Shown here one piece after another: positions 45,550 to 55,197 of a stretch of 64,000 nt of DNA. Numbering within the stretch: the first letter of the stretch is position 1; each line of letters opens with the position of its first letter. The translations under genes were made by a program, and so were the position numbers. Source of the DNA: Bacteroidota bacterium (GTDB lineage: Bacteria; Bacteroidota; Bacteroidia; Chitinophagales; BACL12); assembly GCA_016124275.1 (NCBI GenBank), contig WGOA01000029.1, positions 58,877-122,876 on the forward strand, given 5' to 3'. A model generated the notes under the pieces. It did not search any database. It saw nothing but the letters and a program-made list of their open reading frames with translations, and had not been told where the DNA came from.

Positions 45550-47025
45550 TTATTGCTTCACGATCCGGAAGGTCGCTTGCTTTTGTTCCCACTGAGCATG
45601 CACGAGGTAAAGTCCGGTGGGCAAGGTTGAAAGGTCTATGCGCTGACCAGTTGCCGAGCCTTGCCAAACCGTTCTTCCCCAGACATCATACACTATCAAT
45701 ATTGCATGGTCAGGCCCGTTAAACGAATACCATCCTGCACTTACCGTGGGTGTGATTTGCCATTGGGGCAGGGTGGATGCTTCAGGAATGGCTGTGCTGC
45801 CGCCGTCTAGCGTATCGCATTCGCTGCCTTCAAGCGGGCCGAGGGCGTAGTTGACGGTGTTGGGGAGGGCCAACATAGTCCTTCTGCCGCCTAGGTACAG
45901 TCCCAATGTATCGAAATCACAAGACAATCCGGGCAAATCCGGATAATTGATTACACTTAAATTCATATTCAAAGCTGAGAAAATATCACAATTCAAAATT
46001 TTGCAACCTACTGTCATGTAAATTTTATGATCCGGGCCCATTTGCAGCTGCCCATTCGCAAATGTCCCATAATTACTACGTATATATATTTTATTTAATG
46101 CAAATTTCCCAAACTGATCTGCCTCTAAATCCAATTGGTACAAAATATTATCTCCTATATAAAATGCCGATGAACTATTAAAATACAAGTATCTTCCAGA
46201 TGGAGAAAACTCGCAAGAATGAAGATTTGATAATGAATCTACATATATTATTTCACTCCCGATTAGACCACCACACCTATCAAACTGATAGATACTAATA
46301 CTTGTGGGAAAGACTATTGCAATTGAACTCCCGGTTGGTGATATTGCCATTTGTCGAAAAGTACTAGCTGAAGTAGCGGCACGAAGGTCTAATTGAAATA
46401 TTTCCTCGACATACACTCCGTTATTGTTATTTAAATACAACACGAAAGAACTATCCCAACTTTCAGTGGCCAAATTAAAAGATGCTCGCATCTGGATTAT
46501 CCACCAATCCCTGCCATTGCCATGCCGGACAGCTACATTTCTCTCACTCCAACCAGGTACATCGGAATCGAATGGCTGCCAATTCGGAACATTCGCCATG
46601 CCCCCTAAGCCACCATTCATTGACATATCTACAATGGCATAGCGTCCAATACCAACAATTCGGTATTTGTTCTCCTGGCCATATTCTGGAAGAATTAGGA
46701 CTCCCTGAGAGTAGGACTTATAAAATGATGTATCACCGATTGGAATCTCCATTTCTGAAATCACCTCACCCAATCGATTATACACCTCTACGCCATTCGT
46801 ATAAAACAGCAAGTTTCCTAACGAGTCCGAAATACTTGCCGCAGCTTCAATGGTAGAAAACTCCAATGGCTCTTCCTTGACATCTGGTACTCCTGTGCTG
46901 AAGTCAATTAAGATATCACCATCAAGAACCCAATTAAAATGCTCTGGTTGTGCTGTAGCACTGCAGACCATAAAAACAAATGTAAAAGATGCCAAAATTT
47001 TGGCGCAGTTTAAGGTCGTAACCAT
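45550..47025 (-). CDS. Secreted T9SS-cargo protein (beta-propeller-like), cassette copy B small gene
   Basis: 491 aa. Signal peptide ending ATA|Q. SISDSLGNLLFYTN and VRHGNGRDWW. C-terminal ...LYLVHAQWEQKQATFRIVKQ. Confidence 0.8.
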   Translation of the reverse strand: MVTTLNCAKILASFTFVFMVCSATAQPEHFNWVLDGDILIDFSTGVPDVKEEPLEFSTIEAAASISDSLGNLLFYTNGVEVYNRLGEVISEMEIPIGDTSFYKSYSQGVLILPEYGQENKYRIVGIGRYAIVDMSMNGGLGGMANVPNWQPFDSDVPGWSERNVAVRHGNGRDWWIIQMRASFNLATESWDSSFVLYLNNNNGVYVEEIFQLDLRAATSASTFRQMAISPTGSSIAIVFPTSISIYQFDRCGGLIGSEIIYVDSLSNLHSCEFSPSGRYLYFNSSSAFYIGDNILYQLDLEADQFGKFALNKIYIRSNYGTFANGQLQMGPDHKIYMTVGCKILNCDIFSALNMNLSVINYPDLPGLSCDFDTLGLYLGGRRTMLALPNTVNYALGPLEGSECDTLDGGSTAIPEASTLPQWQITPTVSAGWYSFNGPDHAILIVYDVWGRTVWQGSATGQRIDLSTLPTGLYLVHAQWEQKQATFRIVKQ

Positions 47026-47037
47026 ATAGCGTTAGTT

Positions 47038-49776
47038 TTATAGCTTTGAAAACTTGATCACTTGACGCTGACCTGCTTTAGCAATGACTTCGATGTGGTA
47101 AAGACCTGCGGAAAGTTTGGACACATCTACACAACCCGATGCAAATGCTCCTGACATCAGTTGTCTGCCCTGTAGGTCGACGATGTTAAACATTTGTGAT
47201 GCAGCAGAAGCTTCTGAACCCTTGGAAAGACACAACTGCGTTGAAACCGGATTGGGGTAAACATCTATTTGTTTCCGCATATCAGTGACAGGAGCTTGCT
47301 CTCGCAGACTTCCGTCCAAATCGATTGGCGCAAGGGAGTTTGCTCCGACAATGGCGCGTGCAACATAAACTGCAGAGCCATCCGAATCAGGATTTCCTTG
47401 CGCAATGGCGATCAATGTATCTAATTCTGCCTCACTGTAGGGGAGTAGACCGGATACGCCGAACTCTACATGTAGGCTACCTAAACTCCGGTTCAAGAAA
47501 AGCTGATAAACCTCCTTGCGCAACTCTTCCTTTCTGCAGGAAGGTATCAAGCCATTAAGGGTCATAGAGGCGGAATCCAGAACCGTGCGGCCCAAATAGT
47601 CAAAAAACAGATGCCACTCATCGTAATTTGCTGCTGCCAGTTCCTCCACAACGGCTTGGTAATAGGCATCCTGAGCAACGCCCAAGGTTAACCAATCCGG
47701 GTTGCCCGCAAAGAAGTTATAGATGTAGGACTTCTCCTCAAAGTAATCACAGTTGTCTAAACTGACTCCTTCAAAGTATGTAGCATAGGCTGCAAACAAG
47801 TTGTTCCTGGCTTTCTGAGAGGGTTCACCAGTTGTTCGTAGTCCACCTAGTCTGGGGATTATGTCGCAGGGAAGGGAGGAACTTGCAGCCGTGAGGGGAA
47901 CTACTCTGAAACTTGGTAGTGATAAACTAGATGTCTCAAGGTTGAATGTAGTAATCGGTGCCATGTCATGACTAGAGCCTAAGCCAGCATCGTACCGCCA
48001 ATCGATATCCGGCGTAGCACCCGGAATTATCGGAGTACCGTAAGTTGGGATGCTTGCTGCACTCGTCACTGCAATGGTCCGGTTTGCTGTGCTGGAAGGA
48101 AGCCAGCGATTCCCTGCGGCATTAAGTAGAGATACATCATCAGTAATAGGTCCAATGTCCAGTCCACCACCGTCCATGCCGACCAAGCCATACCCATACG
48201 TGCAATCATCAACTTCATTGCACGTAAAATTCCCGCCCTGGCAATCTCCATGGGCGGCCCCTCCTACACCGCTCTCTTGCATCGTGTTACCATCCACCAA
48301 AAATCCCTCACACTCCGTAATGTCAATGGCGCGGATGTTGGTATTACTGCACGAAGGACAGTCGCTGTTGATGACATTGTCCAACAACACAAAATCAACT
48401 GAGTTCTCTGCCTGGATGCCAACCGAAAAAGCACTGCTGCAGCCTGTAGGCAATCGGTGGTTGATGATGTTGCCCGTTGCCGTTGTTCGTGCGCTGATTG
48501 TGGCCATGCCAAATTGAACGTTGTCAATCGTGTTCGTGGTGATGTCAACGATATCGTTTACTCCCATGCGTACTTCAATGCCCGCTATGCGACAAGAAGA
48601 GTTGGTAACAATGGTGGGATTGTCCAATTCATTGTCTTCAATCAACACGCGGCCCACAAAACTCCTGACGTAAATGCCAATGCTGTCAAACTCTTCAATG
48701 ATGTTGTTGGTCACCTCACCATTCTTGCCTAACTCCTGGTACCATACACCAATGTCCATGGTAGGCGTGCTTCCGCCTGAACCAAAAATCTCGTTGTTGT
48801 CGGTAAACGCCTCGTCAATGTCGTATGCCAAAACGCCTACTTCACAGTCTTCAATCCTGTTGTTGATGCCGGTTACGCCCACTCCGGGAAAGCCAACATG
48901 CAATTCTTTTGACACGCCCCCACTGGTTCCTGTTGCAGCAATCCCTACGCCTTTGATTACTGACATGGATGGGTTAAAGGTGCGGATGTTTTCAATCCAG
49001 TTGTTCTGAACAAAGGCTAAACAATTGTTGAAGAACAAGCCGTACTCCAAATCATGAATGTAGTTAAAACTGCCTCCTGCTCCATAGGAGCTTGTTGTAC
49101 GACCTACCGTGATGCCGTAGACAATGCCTGTTGCCTGCAACCCGGAGAAACCAATTTCGCCCAAATACGGAGCTATAAGGCTTGGCGCACCGATCTCTGA
49201 GTTTTCGATGGTCCCGGGGTGTCCTCCGAGGTCGGCAAATGCCTGCACTTCGATGCCCACATAATTATTCATTAACCTGCTGCCCCGGACTTCGAAATTC
49301 CCGGGATTCCCCGTCGCATTCTCAATCTGCAAGGCCTTCTCCGCATTCTGAACCAAACTGTTCAACCGCACACGAACCGCCCCACCCGGCTCCACCCGGA
49401 TATGCTCCCACATGCTGTTATCGCAATTGCTGATAACGCTGGTTTCTATGGTGAGTATATTACCGTTCTCAACCACAATTTCCACCCCTGCATCAACCAA
49501 GACAGAACAAGTAAGGATGGTAAAGTCATCGTCAACCTCAAACGTGTTCTGAATATGAACCAGCTCCGCAGTCCAGCCCGTACCATAAGTTGAAGAAACT
49601 GAAACAGAACCCGATGGCGTCGTCACAGTCGGCGAAAAACCCGCATCAGCCGCACACTGAGCGCGCATGGGCGTGGAAAAACCTATGCTGTAGAGAAGTG
49701 CGCACATCATCAGGAAAACAGATGGCCAGTTAACCCATGCGTAATTCTGTGTGTGTGTGTGTGTTGCGGCTTTCAT
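47038..49776 (-). CDS. Secreted right-handed beta-helix repeat protein with a T9SS C-terminal domain, cassette copy B large gene (intact)
   Basis: 912 aa from the ATG at 49776 (MKAATHTHTQNYAWVNWPSVFLMMCALLYSIGFSTPMRA|QC). Beta-helix repeats. C-terminal VYPNPVSTQLCL...AGLYHIEVI sorting domain. Confidence 0.85.
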   Translation of the reverse strand: MKAATHTHTQNYAWVNWPSVFLMMCALLYSIGFSTPMRAQCAADAGFSPTVTTPSGSVSVSSTYGTGWTAELVHIQNTFEVDDDFTILTCSVLVDAGVEIVVENGNILTIETSVISNCDNSMWEHIRVEPGGAVRVRLNSLVQNAEKALQIENATGNPGNFEVRGSRLMNNYVGIEVQAFADLGGHPGTIENSEIGAPSLIAPYLGEIGFSGLQATGIVYGITVGRTTSSYGAGGSFNYIHDLEYGLFFNNCLAFVQNNWIENIRTFNPSMSVIKGVGIAATGTSGGVSKELHVGFPGVGVTGINNRIEDCEVGVLAYDIDEAFTDNNEIFGSGGSTPTMDIGVWYQELGKNGEVTNNIIEEFDSIGIYVRSFVGRVLIEDNELDNPTIVTNSSCRIAGIEVRMGVNDIVDITTNTIDNVQFGMATISARTTATGNIINHRLPTGCSSAFSVGIQAENSVDFVLLDNVINSDCPSCSNTNIRAIDITECEGFLVDGNTMQESGVGGAAHGDCQGGNFTCNEVDDCTYGYGLVGMDGGGLDIGPITDDVSLLNAAGNRWLPSSTANRTIAVTSAASIPTYGTPIIPGATPDIDWRYDAGLGSSHDMAPITTFNLETSSLSLPSFRVVPLTAASSSLPCDIIPRLGGLRTTGEPSQKARNNLFAAYATYFEGVSLDNCDYFEEKSYIYNFFAGNPDWLTLGVAQDAYYQAVVEELAAANYDEWHLFFDYLGRTVLDSASMTLNGLIPSCRKEELRKEVYQLFLNRSLGSLHVEFGVSGLLPYSEAELDTLIAIAQGNPDSDGSAVYVARAIVGANSLAPIDLDGSLREQAPVTDMRKQIDVYPNPVSTQLCLSKGSEASAASQMFNIVDLQGRQLMSGAFASGCVDVSKLSAGLYHIEVIAKAGQRQVIKFSKL
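49748..49764. repeat. Dinucleotide microsatellite: minus strand (CA)8 inside codons 5-10 of the 912-aa gene
   Basis: The plus strand reads (tg)8 + t at 49748-49764. Encodes THTHTQ. Confidence 0.95.
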
Positions 49777-49868
49777 AGCTTAACTAATGTGTATTACGAA
49801 AATGCAATAAACGCAAGATAGTGCTTTCTTCTACACTTTAAAGAGCTTTTTGTGTTAATTTTTGAAAA
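49777..49868 (-). promoter_or_regulatory. Conserved upstream region of cassette copy B (putative promoter/5' leader)
   Basis: Homologous to 44404..44495 (see that feature). Confidence 0.35.
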
Positions 49869-49871
49869 AAT

Positions 49872-50981
49872 CTACTTTCCCAACTCCACCACAATTGGGT
49901 AATGATCGGTAATCTTTCTGGGAAGCGCCGAATAACGCAGCACTTCCAAAGCTGTATCCACCAAAACGTAGTCGATGCGCACACCGGGCAAAGAAGCGTG
50001 CGTGCGGGCTAAACCGCGGCCAGCTACAGAGAAGGCGTCCTGCAAACCAAAAGATACCCTATGGTATGCATAACTTTGCGGAGGGTCGTTGAAATCGCCG
50101 CAGAGTACCACAGGCCAGGGACTATCCAGTACAGCATCCTCCAACCGGGTGGCTTGGTCGGCGCGGGCTTGATACGCATCGCGGAATTTGAGCAAGGTAA
50201 CCCGGCGGGTATTGGCTTCGCTCAATTCAGAAACGGCATCATCGAGGCCGAAGTCTTCCGTAGATAAATGTATGCTTTGCAGGTGGGTGTTGAAGATACG
50301 GATCCGGCCGGATGGGGTCTCCAGGTCGGCGTATTGGCAACCGTTGAGCACGCCCCCCCCCGGAAAATCGACCTCCCCGGCCTCCAGCACAGGGTAGCGC
50401 GACACAATGGCCAGCCCCCACTGCCGTCCCTTCTTATCGCGCAGCGCTTCCCAAAAACTGAAGTAGGGCAAACCGGTTGCCTCGCGCACCAGCTTCTGGT
50501 GGTCATTGCCTTCTACAGTTGGCATCGTGAAGTACTCCTGAAAACAGATCACGTCAGGCTGCTGGGCAGCCAGAAGGGCCAGAATGGAATCGCGGCCTGC
50601 GAACCGCACATCCGGTGTGTTCTTGTTAAACACGCGCACGTTCCACGATAGAATGCGCAGCGAAGACGGTTGCGCTGTGGCAAGGCTGTCCAGCCCTTCC
50701 ACCGAACGTTCCTTTCCAAAAGACACATAAGGCCAGCGCAGATAGTGTGCACTTTCGCGCAAGGCCGGAAGCAAGGCAACCGCCGCAATGCCCGCAAAAA
50801 CCCATTTGCGGCCAGCCAGCCAGAAAATCAGAAACAGCCCCTGCAGCCCCACTAAAATGGGAAACACCAGGCCGGCAAATGCCGCCGGCCAAAACGTGCG
50901 CGGGTCCAGGTAAGGCGCCATATAGGCCACCCCCAGCGCAGCCATGACAGCCAGGTTTAGTAAAAATCCGATCCAGCGCAT
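49872..50981 (-). CDS. Endonuclease/exonuclease/phosphatase (EEP) family membrane protein
   Basis: 369 aa. About 3 N-terminal TM segments. EEP motifs LRILSWNV, VLCGDFND and ITDHYPIVVEL. Confidence 0.8.
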   Translation of the reverse strand: MRWIGFLLNLAVMAALGVAYMAPYLDPRTFWPAAFAGLVFPILVGLQGLFLIFWLAGRKWVFAGIAAVALLPALRESAHYLRWPYVSFGKERSVEGLDSLATAQPSSLRILSWNVRVFNKNTPDVRFAGRDSILALLAAQQPDVICFQEYFTMPTVEGNDHQKLVREATGLPYFSFWEALRDKKGRQWGLAIVSRYPVLEAGEVDFPGGGVLNGCQYADLETPSGRIRIFNTHLQSIHLSTEDFGLDDAVSELSEANTRRVTLLKFRDAYQARADQATRLEDAVLDSPWPVVLCGDFNDPPQSYAYHRVSFGLQDAFSVAGRGLARTHASLPGVRIDYVLVDTALEVLRYSALPRKITDHYPIVVELGK

Positions 50982-50989
50982 GGGCGGCG

Positions 50990-51934
50990 TCAGCCTTCTT
51001 TGCTGAACTTGAAGAGGAATTCCTTTTCGTCCTTGCTCAGGCTGTCGTAACCGGACTTGCCGATTTTGTCCAGGATCTGATCCACGCGAGCCTGTTTGTC
51101 ACTGATCCCTTCCTGCACGGCCACGCGCGACCGCGGTTTGCGGTTGCGCCTGGCAGCCCGATCGGCATCGGCGGGCCCTGCACTTTGCGGCTGCCGGTGG
51201 GCAACCCGGGGGCCCGGTCTGCGCTTGCCTGAAAAAAGTCCGGAACCCAGTCGGCTCATGCCGTCCACTACACGGTTAAATCCGAGGGAAAGGTCTGTGC
51301 CATTCTGCAACAGCCGGATAAACAGATAGCCCACAGCTACACCGCCCAAGTGTGCCACACTGCCGCCCGTGTTCACAAATCCTTTAACCGCGATAATGTC
51401 CAACACAATACGCGCCAGCGCGATGTACTTGATGCGCACCGGCCACACAAAAAGCATGATCTCAAAGTTCGGCGCGAGCGTGGCCGCCGCCATCAGCACG
51501 GCGCTGACCCCGGCGCTGGCGCCCAACAGAATGGTGCTGTTCTGGTCGGGCAAGAGGTTGAGCAGCGCAAAGGCAACGGCTGCACCTGCAAGCCCGCCGT
51601 AAAAGTAGATGGGCAAAATGCGGCGGTTGCCCAGCAAATCCTGCAAAATGCGCCCAAACCAAAACAGAAAAAGCATGTTCCAGAGCAGGTGCCAAAAATC
51701 CCAATGCAGGAACATGTAGGTGATCGGCGTCCAGGCGCGGTACAACAAATCATCCGCGTTCATCGGCATGGCCAGCCAGTCCAGCGGAAAGCCCATTGAC
51801 CCGATACGCATCAGCAGATCCACAAGGTGTATGCCTAGGAACACCACCACGTTGAGCAAAATCAGGCGCACCACCATGTTGCCATAGCGGTACTGCTGCT
51901 GAACATCGGTCCAGATGGAGGAAAAAACACTCAT
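50990..51934 (-). CDS. Rhomboid family intramembrane serine protease (long, with a basic C-terminal tail)
   Basis: 314 aa. Catalytic GASAGVSAV and HLGGVAVG. WNMLFLFWFG motif. Confidence 0.85.
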   Translation of the reverse strand: MSVFSSIWTDVQQQYRYGNMVVRLILLNVVVFLGIHLVDLLMRIGSMGFPLDWLAMPMNADDLLYRAWTPITYMFLHWDFWHLLWNMLFLFWFGRILQDLLGNRRILPIYFYGGLAGAAVAFALLNLLPDQNSTILLGASAGVSAVLMAAATLAPNFEIMLFVWPVRIKYIALARIVLDIIAVKGFVNTGGSVAHLGGVAVGYLFIRLLQNGTDLSLGFNRVVDGMSRLGSGLFSGKRRPGPRVAHRQPQSAGPADADRAARRNRKPRSRVAVQEGISDKQARVDQILDKIGKSGYDSLSKDEKEFLFKFSKEG

Positions 51935-51958
51935 TCGCGGGGCCAGAATTTCATCACC

Positions 51959-52681
51959 TTAAATCGGTCTGCCGGGTCTGATTTGCCAAAAGCGAATCAA
52001 AAGATAGCCAAAAAGCATTCCCCCAAGGTGGGCAAAGTGGGCAATGTTGTCGCCCTGGATGCGGGTTACCCCGCTGAACAGTTCCACGGCTGCGTAACCC
52101 ATCACAAAATACTTCGCCTTAATGGGCACCGGAAAGAAAATCAACATCAGGGGAACATTGGGGTACAACATGCCAAATCCGAGCAAAAGCCCGAAAACAG
52201 CCCCAGAAGCCCCTACGGTGGGCGTGTTGGCTAAGCGGTTGAGCTGGCCCAAAGGCTGATCGGCATAGTTGCGGCCGCCTTGAAGCAGTTCCCACCCTTG
52301 CTCAAAGACCGTGCGCGCTTCGCCCGGACCAATTTGAGCGCTGAGTTGCATGACTTGAAAGTGAATAACCCCCATGTGAAGGGCGGCGGCACCCAACCCG
52401 CAAACCAGGTAATAGGTCAGAAAACGCTGCGGACCCCAACGCATCTCCAGCGCATTGCCGAACATCCACAACGCAAACATATTCATCAAAATATGCAGGA
52501 AACCGCCGTGCATGAACATGTGCGTCACGATCTGCACCGGCTTAAAAGCCGATGACTGCGGATAATACAAACCCAAAGTACTGTTCAGATCGTGATGCTG
52601 CGCTTGTGCCACCATAAGCGCCAGAAACATCAACCCATTGATGAGCAGCAAATTTTTAACAACAGGAGCCAGGCGGATCAT
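51959..52681 (-). CDS. Rhomboid family intramembrane serine protease
   Basis: 240 aa. HGGFLHILMNMFALWMFG, catalytic GASGAVFGLL and HLGGMLFG. Confidence 0.85.
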   Translation of the reverse strand: MIRLAPVVKNLLLINGLMFLALMVAQAQHHDLNSTLGLYYPQSSAFKPVQIVTHMFMHGGFLHILMNMFALWMFGNALEMRWGPQRFLTYYLVCGLGAAALHMGVIHFQVMQLSAQIGPGEARTVFEQGWELLQGGRNYADQPLGQLNRLANTPTVGASGAVFGLLLGFGMLYPNVPLMLIFFPVPIKAKYFVMGYAAVELFSGVTRIQGDNIAHFAHLGGMLFGYLLIRFWQIRPGRPI

Positions 52682-52714
52682 TCGGAGATTTAAGGGCGAA
52701 AATTAGGGTATTCC

Positions 52715-54634
52715 TCAGGATCGTTTCTTAAAACGGGCTGCCAGTTCAGACAATCCGAGCGTGACGCAGGTCAGGTTGCCATCCGGGCTTGAATAGGGCA
52801 CCATACAGGCAAAAAGGCCGTCGATCAACTCGCGCATTTCCGCCAGGCCCAGCTTGCGACCTGCCGGAATGGCATAGGTTTTGGCCAGGCTGCGGGCCAC
52901 GCGATCGCGCGGGGCCAGTCCGGGAACCTCTCCTAAACTGCGGAAGGCCTCCAGGAGTTCATCAACCGCCAACTTTTCGTCCATTTCCGTACAATCTGCA
53001 GGCAATCCGTGCAGCACAAACGAGTGAGGACCAAAGGGTTGCACGTCAAAACCCAGGCTGTTGACCGCGGGCATCAGGGAGCGCAGCAACTCGGCATCGC
53101 CCGGCGAAAGGTCAATGGTTTGCGGAAACAACTGCCGCTGGCAACTTCCCGCCCCCGCCTCCAGCCGTTGCAGGTACTTCTCGTACAAAATCCGCTCGTG
53201 CGCGGCCCGCTGATCCAGCATCAGAAGCCCGGACTTGATGGGGCACAAAATAAACCTTCCATGCAGTTGGTAGGGCTCTGCAGTGTCCCCATCGCTGAAA
53301 GCTTCGGCCGTTTCGCTTACCCCGGTTAGCCTTTCGGGCGAAGGGCCGCCGTTCACTTCCCGACCGGAGCGCTCCCGCTCCGGCACCCGCTCACTTTCCG
53401 CGTCACCGGCGCGTTCGCGTGCCGCCACTTCGAACAGAGCCTCCCAGGGCTGGGTCCCCCCCGCCCCCCGCCGCATCGAAGCGGGCATCGGCTGTCCGTA
53501 ATCCCCCCCCTGCCCCAACCTGCCGGGGGTGCGCAACGCTGTTGGCATGGGCTGCACATCCCCTTCCACCGAACGCAAGGGGCGCCGGAAAGCCTCCAGG
53601 TCAACCATGTCGGGATCCACGTCAAAATCGAGCGTGGGGGTGGCGCTGAACCGGCTCAGGGCATGCCGCACCGCCGCCTGCAGAATGGCGTAAACCGCGC
53701 GCTCGTCTTCAAAGCGAATCTCCTCTTTGGTGGGGTGCACGTTCACATCCACCTGCGCGGGGTCAACCTCCAAAAACAACACATAAAGCGGATAATGTTT
53801 CTCCGGAATCAGCTTTTCATAACAACTCTGCACCGCGTGGTGCAAATAGCTGCTTCTAAAAAAACGCCCGTTGAGAAAAAAATACTGCTCGCCGCGCAGC
53901 TTGCGTACACTGTCCGGTTTGCCGACAAAACCTTCCACCGTCAGCATCGGCGTCTGCTCGGAAACCGGCACCAGCCGCTCGTTTGACGGCTTGCCGAGCA
54001 CAGCCACCACGCGCTGCCGCGCATTGGCCGGTTTGAGGTTGTACATTTCCACGCCGTTGTGGTCCAGCGTCAGGTGCACATCGGGATTGACCAGCGCCAG
54101 CCGCTGAAATTCGTCCACAATGCGGCGCATTTCGGCATTGCCGGAGCGAAGAAAATTTCGCCGGGCGGGAACATTGTAAAACAAATGCTGCACCGACACC
54201 GAAGTACCGAACGGCGCTTCACAAGGCTCTTCCAGCAGCACTTTTGAAGCATCCACCAACACTCTCCAGCCGGTTTCATCGTCGGCGCGGCGGGTGCGCA
54301 ATTCCACCTTGGCCACCGACGAAATGGCCGCGAGCGCTTCGCCGCGAAAACCCATGGTGCGCAGCGTGAACAGGTCTTCAATGCGCGAAATTTTGGACGT
54401 AGCATGGCGTTCAAAACACAGCCGGGCATCTTCAGGCCCCATGCCGCTGCCGTTGTCCACCACCTGCAACAGGGCCTTTCCGGAATCGCGCACCAACACG
54501 CGCACCACCGTTGCCCCGGCGTCCAGGGCATTTTCCACCAGTTCTTTAATGACGGACGAAGGGCGTTGCACCACCTCGCCCGCGGCGATCTGGTTGGCTA
54601 TGGCCTCCGGTAAGCGTTGAATGAGTGCCGTCAT
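52715..54634 (-). CDS. mutL: DNA mismatch repair protein MutL
   Basis: The ATG at 54634 gives MTALIQRLPEAIANQIAAGEVVQRPSSVIKELVENALDAG. DNGSGM and GFRGEAL motifs. C-terminal dimerisation domain with QRAAHERILYEK. Confidence 0.9.
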   Translation of the reverse strand: MTALIQRLPEAIANQIAAGEVVQRPSSVIKELVENALDAGATVVRVLVRDSGKALLQVVDNGSGMGPEDARLCFERHATSKISRIEDLFTLRTMGFRGEALAAISSVAKVELRTRRADDETGWRVLVDASKVLLEEPCEAPFGTSVSVQHLFYNVPARRNFLRSGNAEMRRIVDEFQRLALVNPDVHLTLDHNGVEMYNLKPANARQRVVAVLGKPSNERLVPVSEQTPMLTVEGFVGKPDSVRKLRGEQYFFLNGRFFRSSYLHHAVQSCYEKLIPEKHYPLYVLFLEVDPAQVDVNVHPTKEEIRFEDERAVYAILQAAVRHALSRFSATPTLDFDVDPDMVDLEAFRRPLRSVEGDVQPMPTALRTPGRLGQGGDYGQPMPASMRRGAGGTQPWEALFEVAARERAGDAESERVPERERSGREVNGGPSPERLTGVSETAEAFSDGDTAEPYQLHGRFILCPIKSGLLMLDQRAAHERILYEKYLQRLEAGAGSCQRQLFPQTIDLSPGDAELLRSLMPAVNSLGFDVQPFGPHSFVLHGLPADCTEMDEKLAVDELLEAFRSLGEVPGLAPRDRVARSLAKTYAIPAGRKLGLAEMRELIDGLFACMVPYSSPDGNLTCVTLGLSELAARFKKRS

Positions 54635-54663
54635 GTTAAGGGTCCGCACAGGGCCGGAATGCC

Positions 54664-54984
54664 TCAGCGAAAAATGATGAAACAAGCCAGCGCCAGCAGC
54701 GCGGCCAGGATATAAACCATGCGCCGGTTGCTTTCAGAACCGTAGCGTTTTTTGGCTCTGAGGCTGCTCATGGGGCCAAAAATGTCCACTTGCTGGCCCG
54801 TTGAGGCCGCTTCCTGTTCGCGCCGCTCTTCGGATCGGTAAAAACGAATCCTTTTTTCACGCTCCTCCTTTTCCGGGTCAGAGAACCGGAAATGGTACTG
54901 GAATTTACGCGGTTTAGGGGGTTTAAACACGGGGAGCAGTTGCCGGGCGAAGGGATCTTGTGACGCTCCCCAAAGGTACGCCAT
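54664..54984 (-). CDS. Hypothetical small protein with a C-terminal TM anchor
   Basis: The track ORF runs to 55059. The ATG at 54984 gives MAYLWGASQDP. Charged middle region and C-terminal hydrophobic VYILAALLALACFIIF. No family recognised. Confidence 0.4.
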   Translation of the reverse strand: MAYLWGASQDPFARQLLPVFKPPKPRKFQYHFRFSDPEKEEREKRIRFYRSEERREQEAASTGQQVDIFGPMSSLRAKKRYGSESNRRMVYILAALLALACFIIFR

Positions 54985-55197
54985 CCGGCAGGGATTCCGA
55001 CCGCTGTCCGGCAGCTTGCCGATGGGTATTCCCGCTGGCAAAGGGTCGGAGGCAAGCATTGGTCCTGGACAGGGTGGTCAGGCATTAGTTTTATTCACAA
55101 TATGCCTGTCACAACTAAACGCTTGCGTCCGGGACTTTCCGGCTGAATTCCGCCAATTTCGCTGTATTATTCCCGTTAACAGGGAATCTATCCTCCT

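Larger units (their letters stand above)
45550..49870 (-). repeat. Segmental duplication, copy B
   Basis: See copy A. Confidence 0.8.

Noticed and set aside
40193-49870. Cassettes as an integrated mobile element or prophage remnant
   Set aside because: No integrase, transposase, tRNA target, or inverted or direct terminal repeats were seen, so only the compositional anomaly and the duplication are reported.
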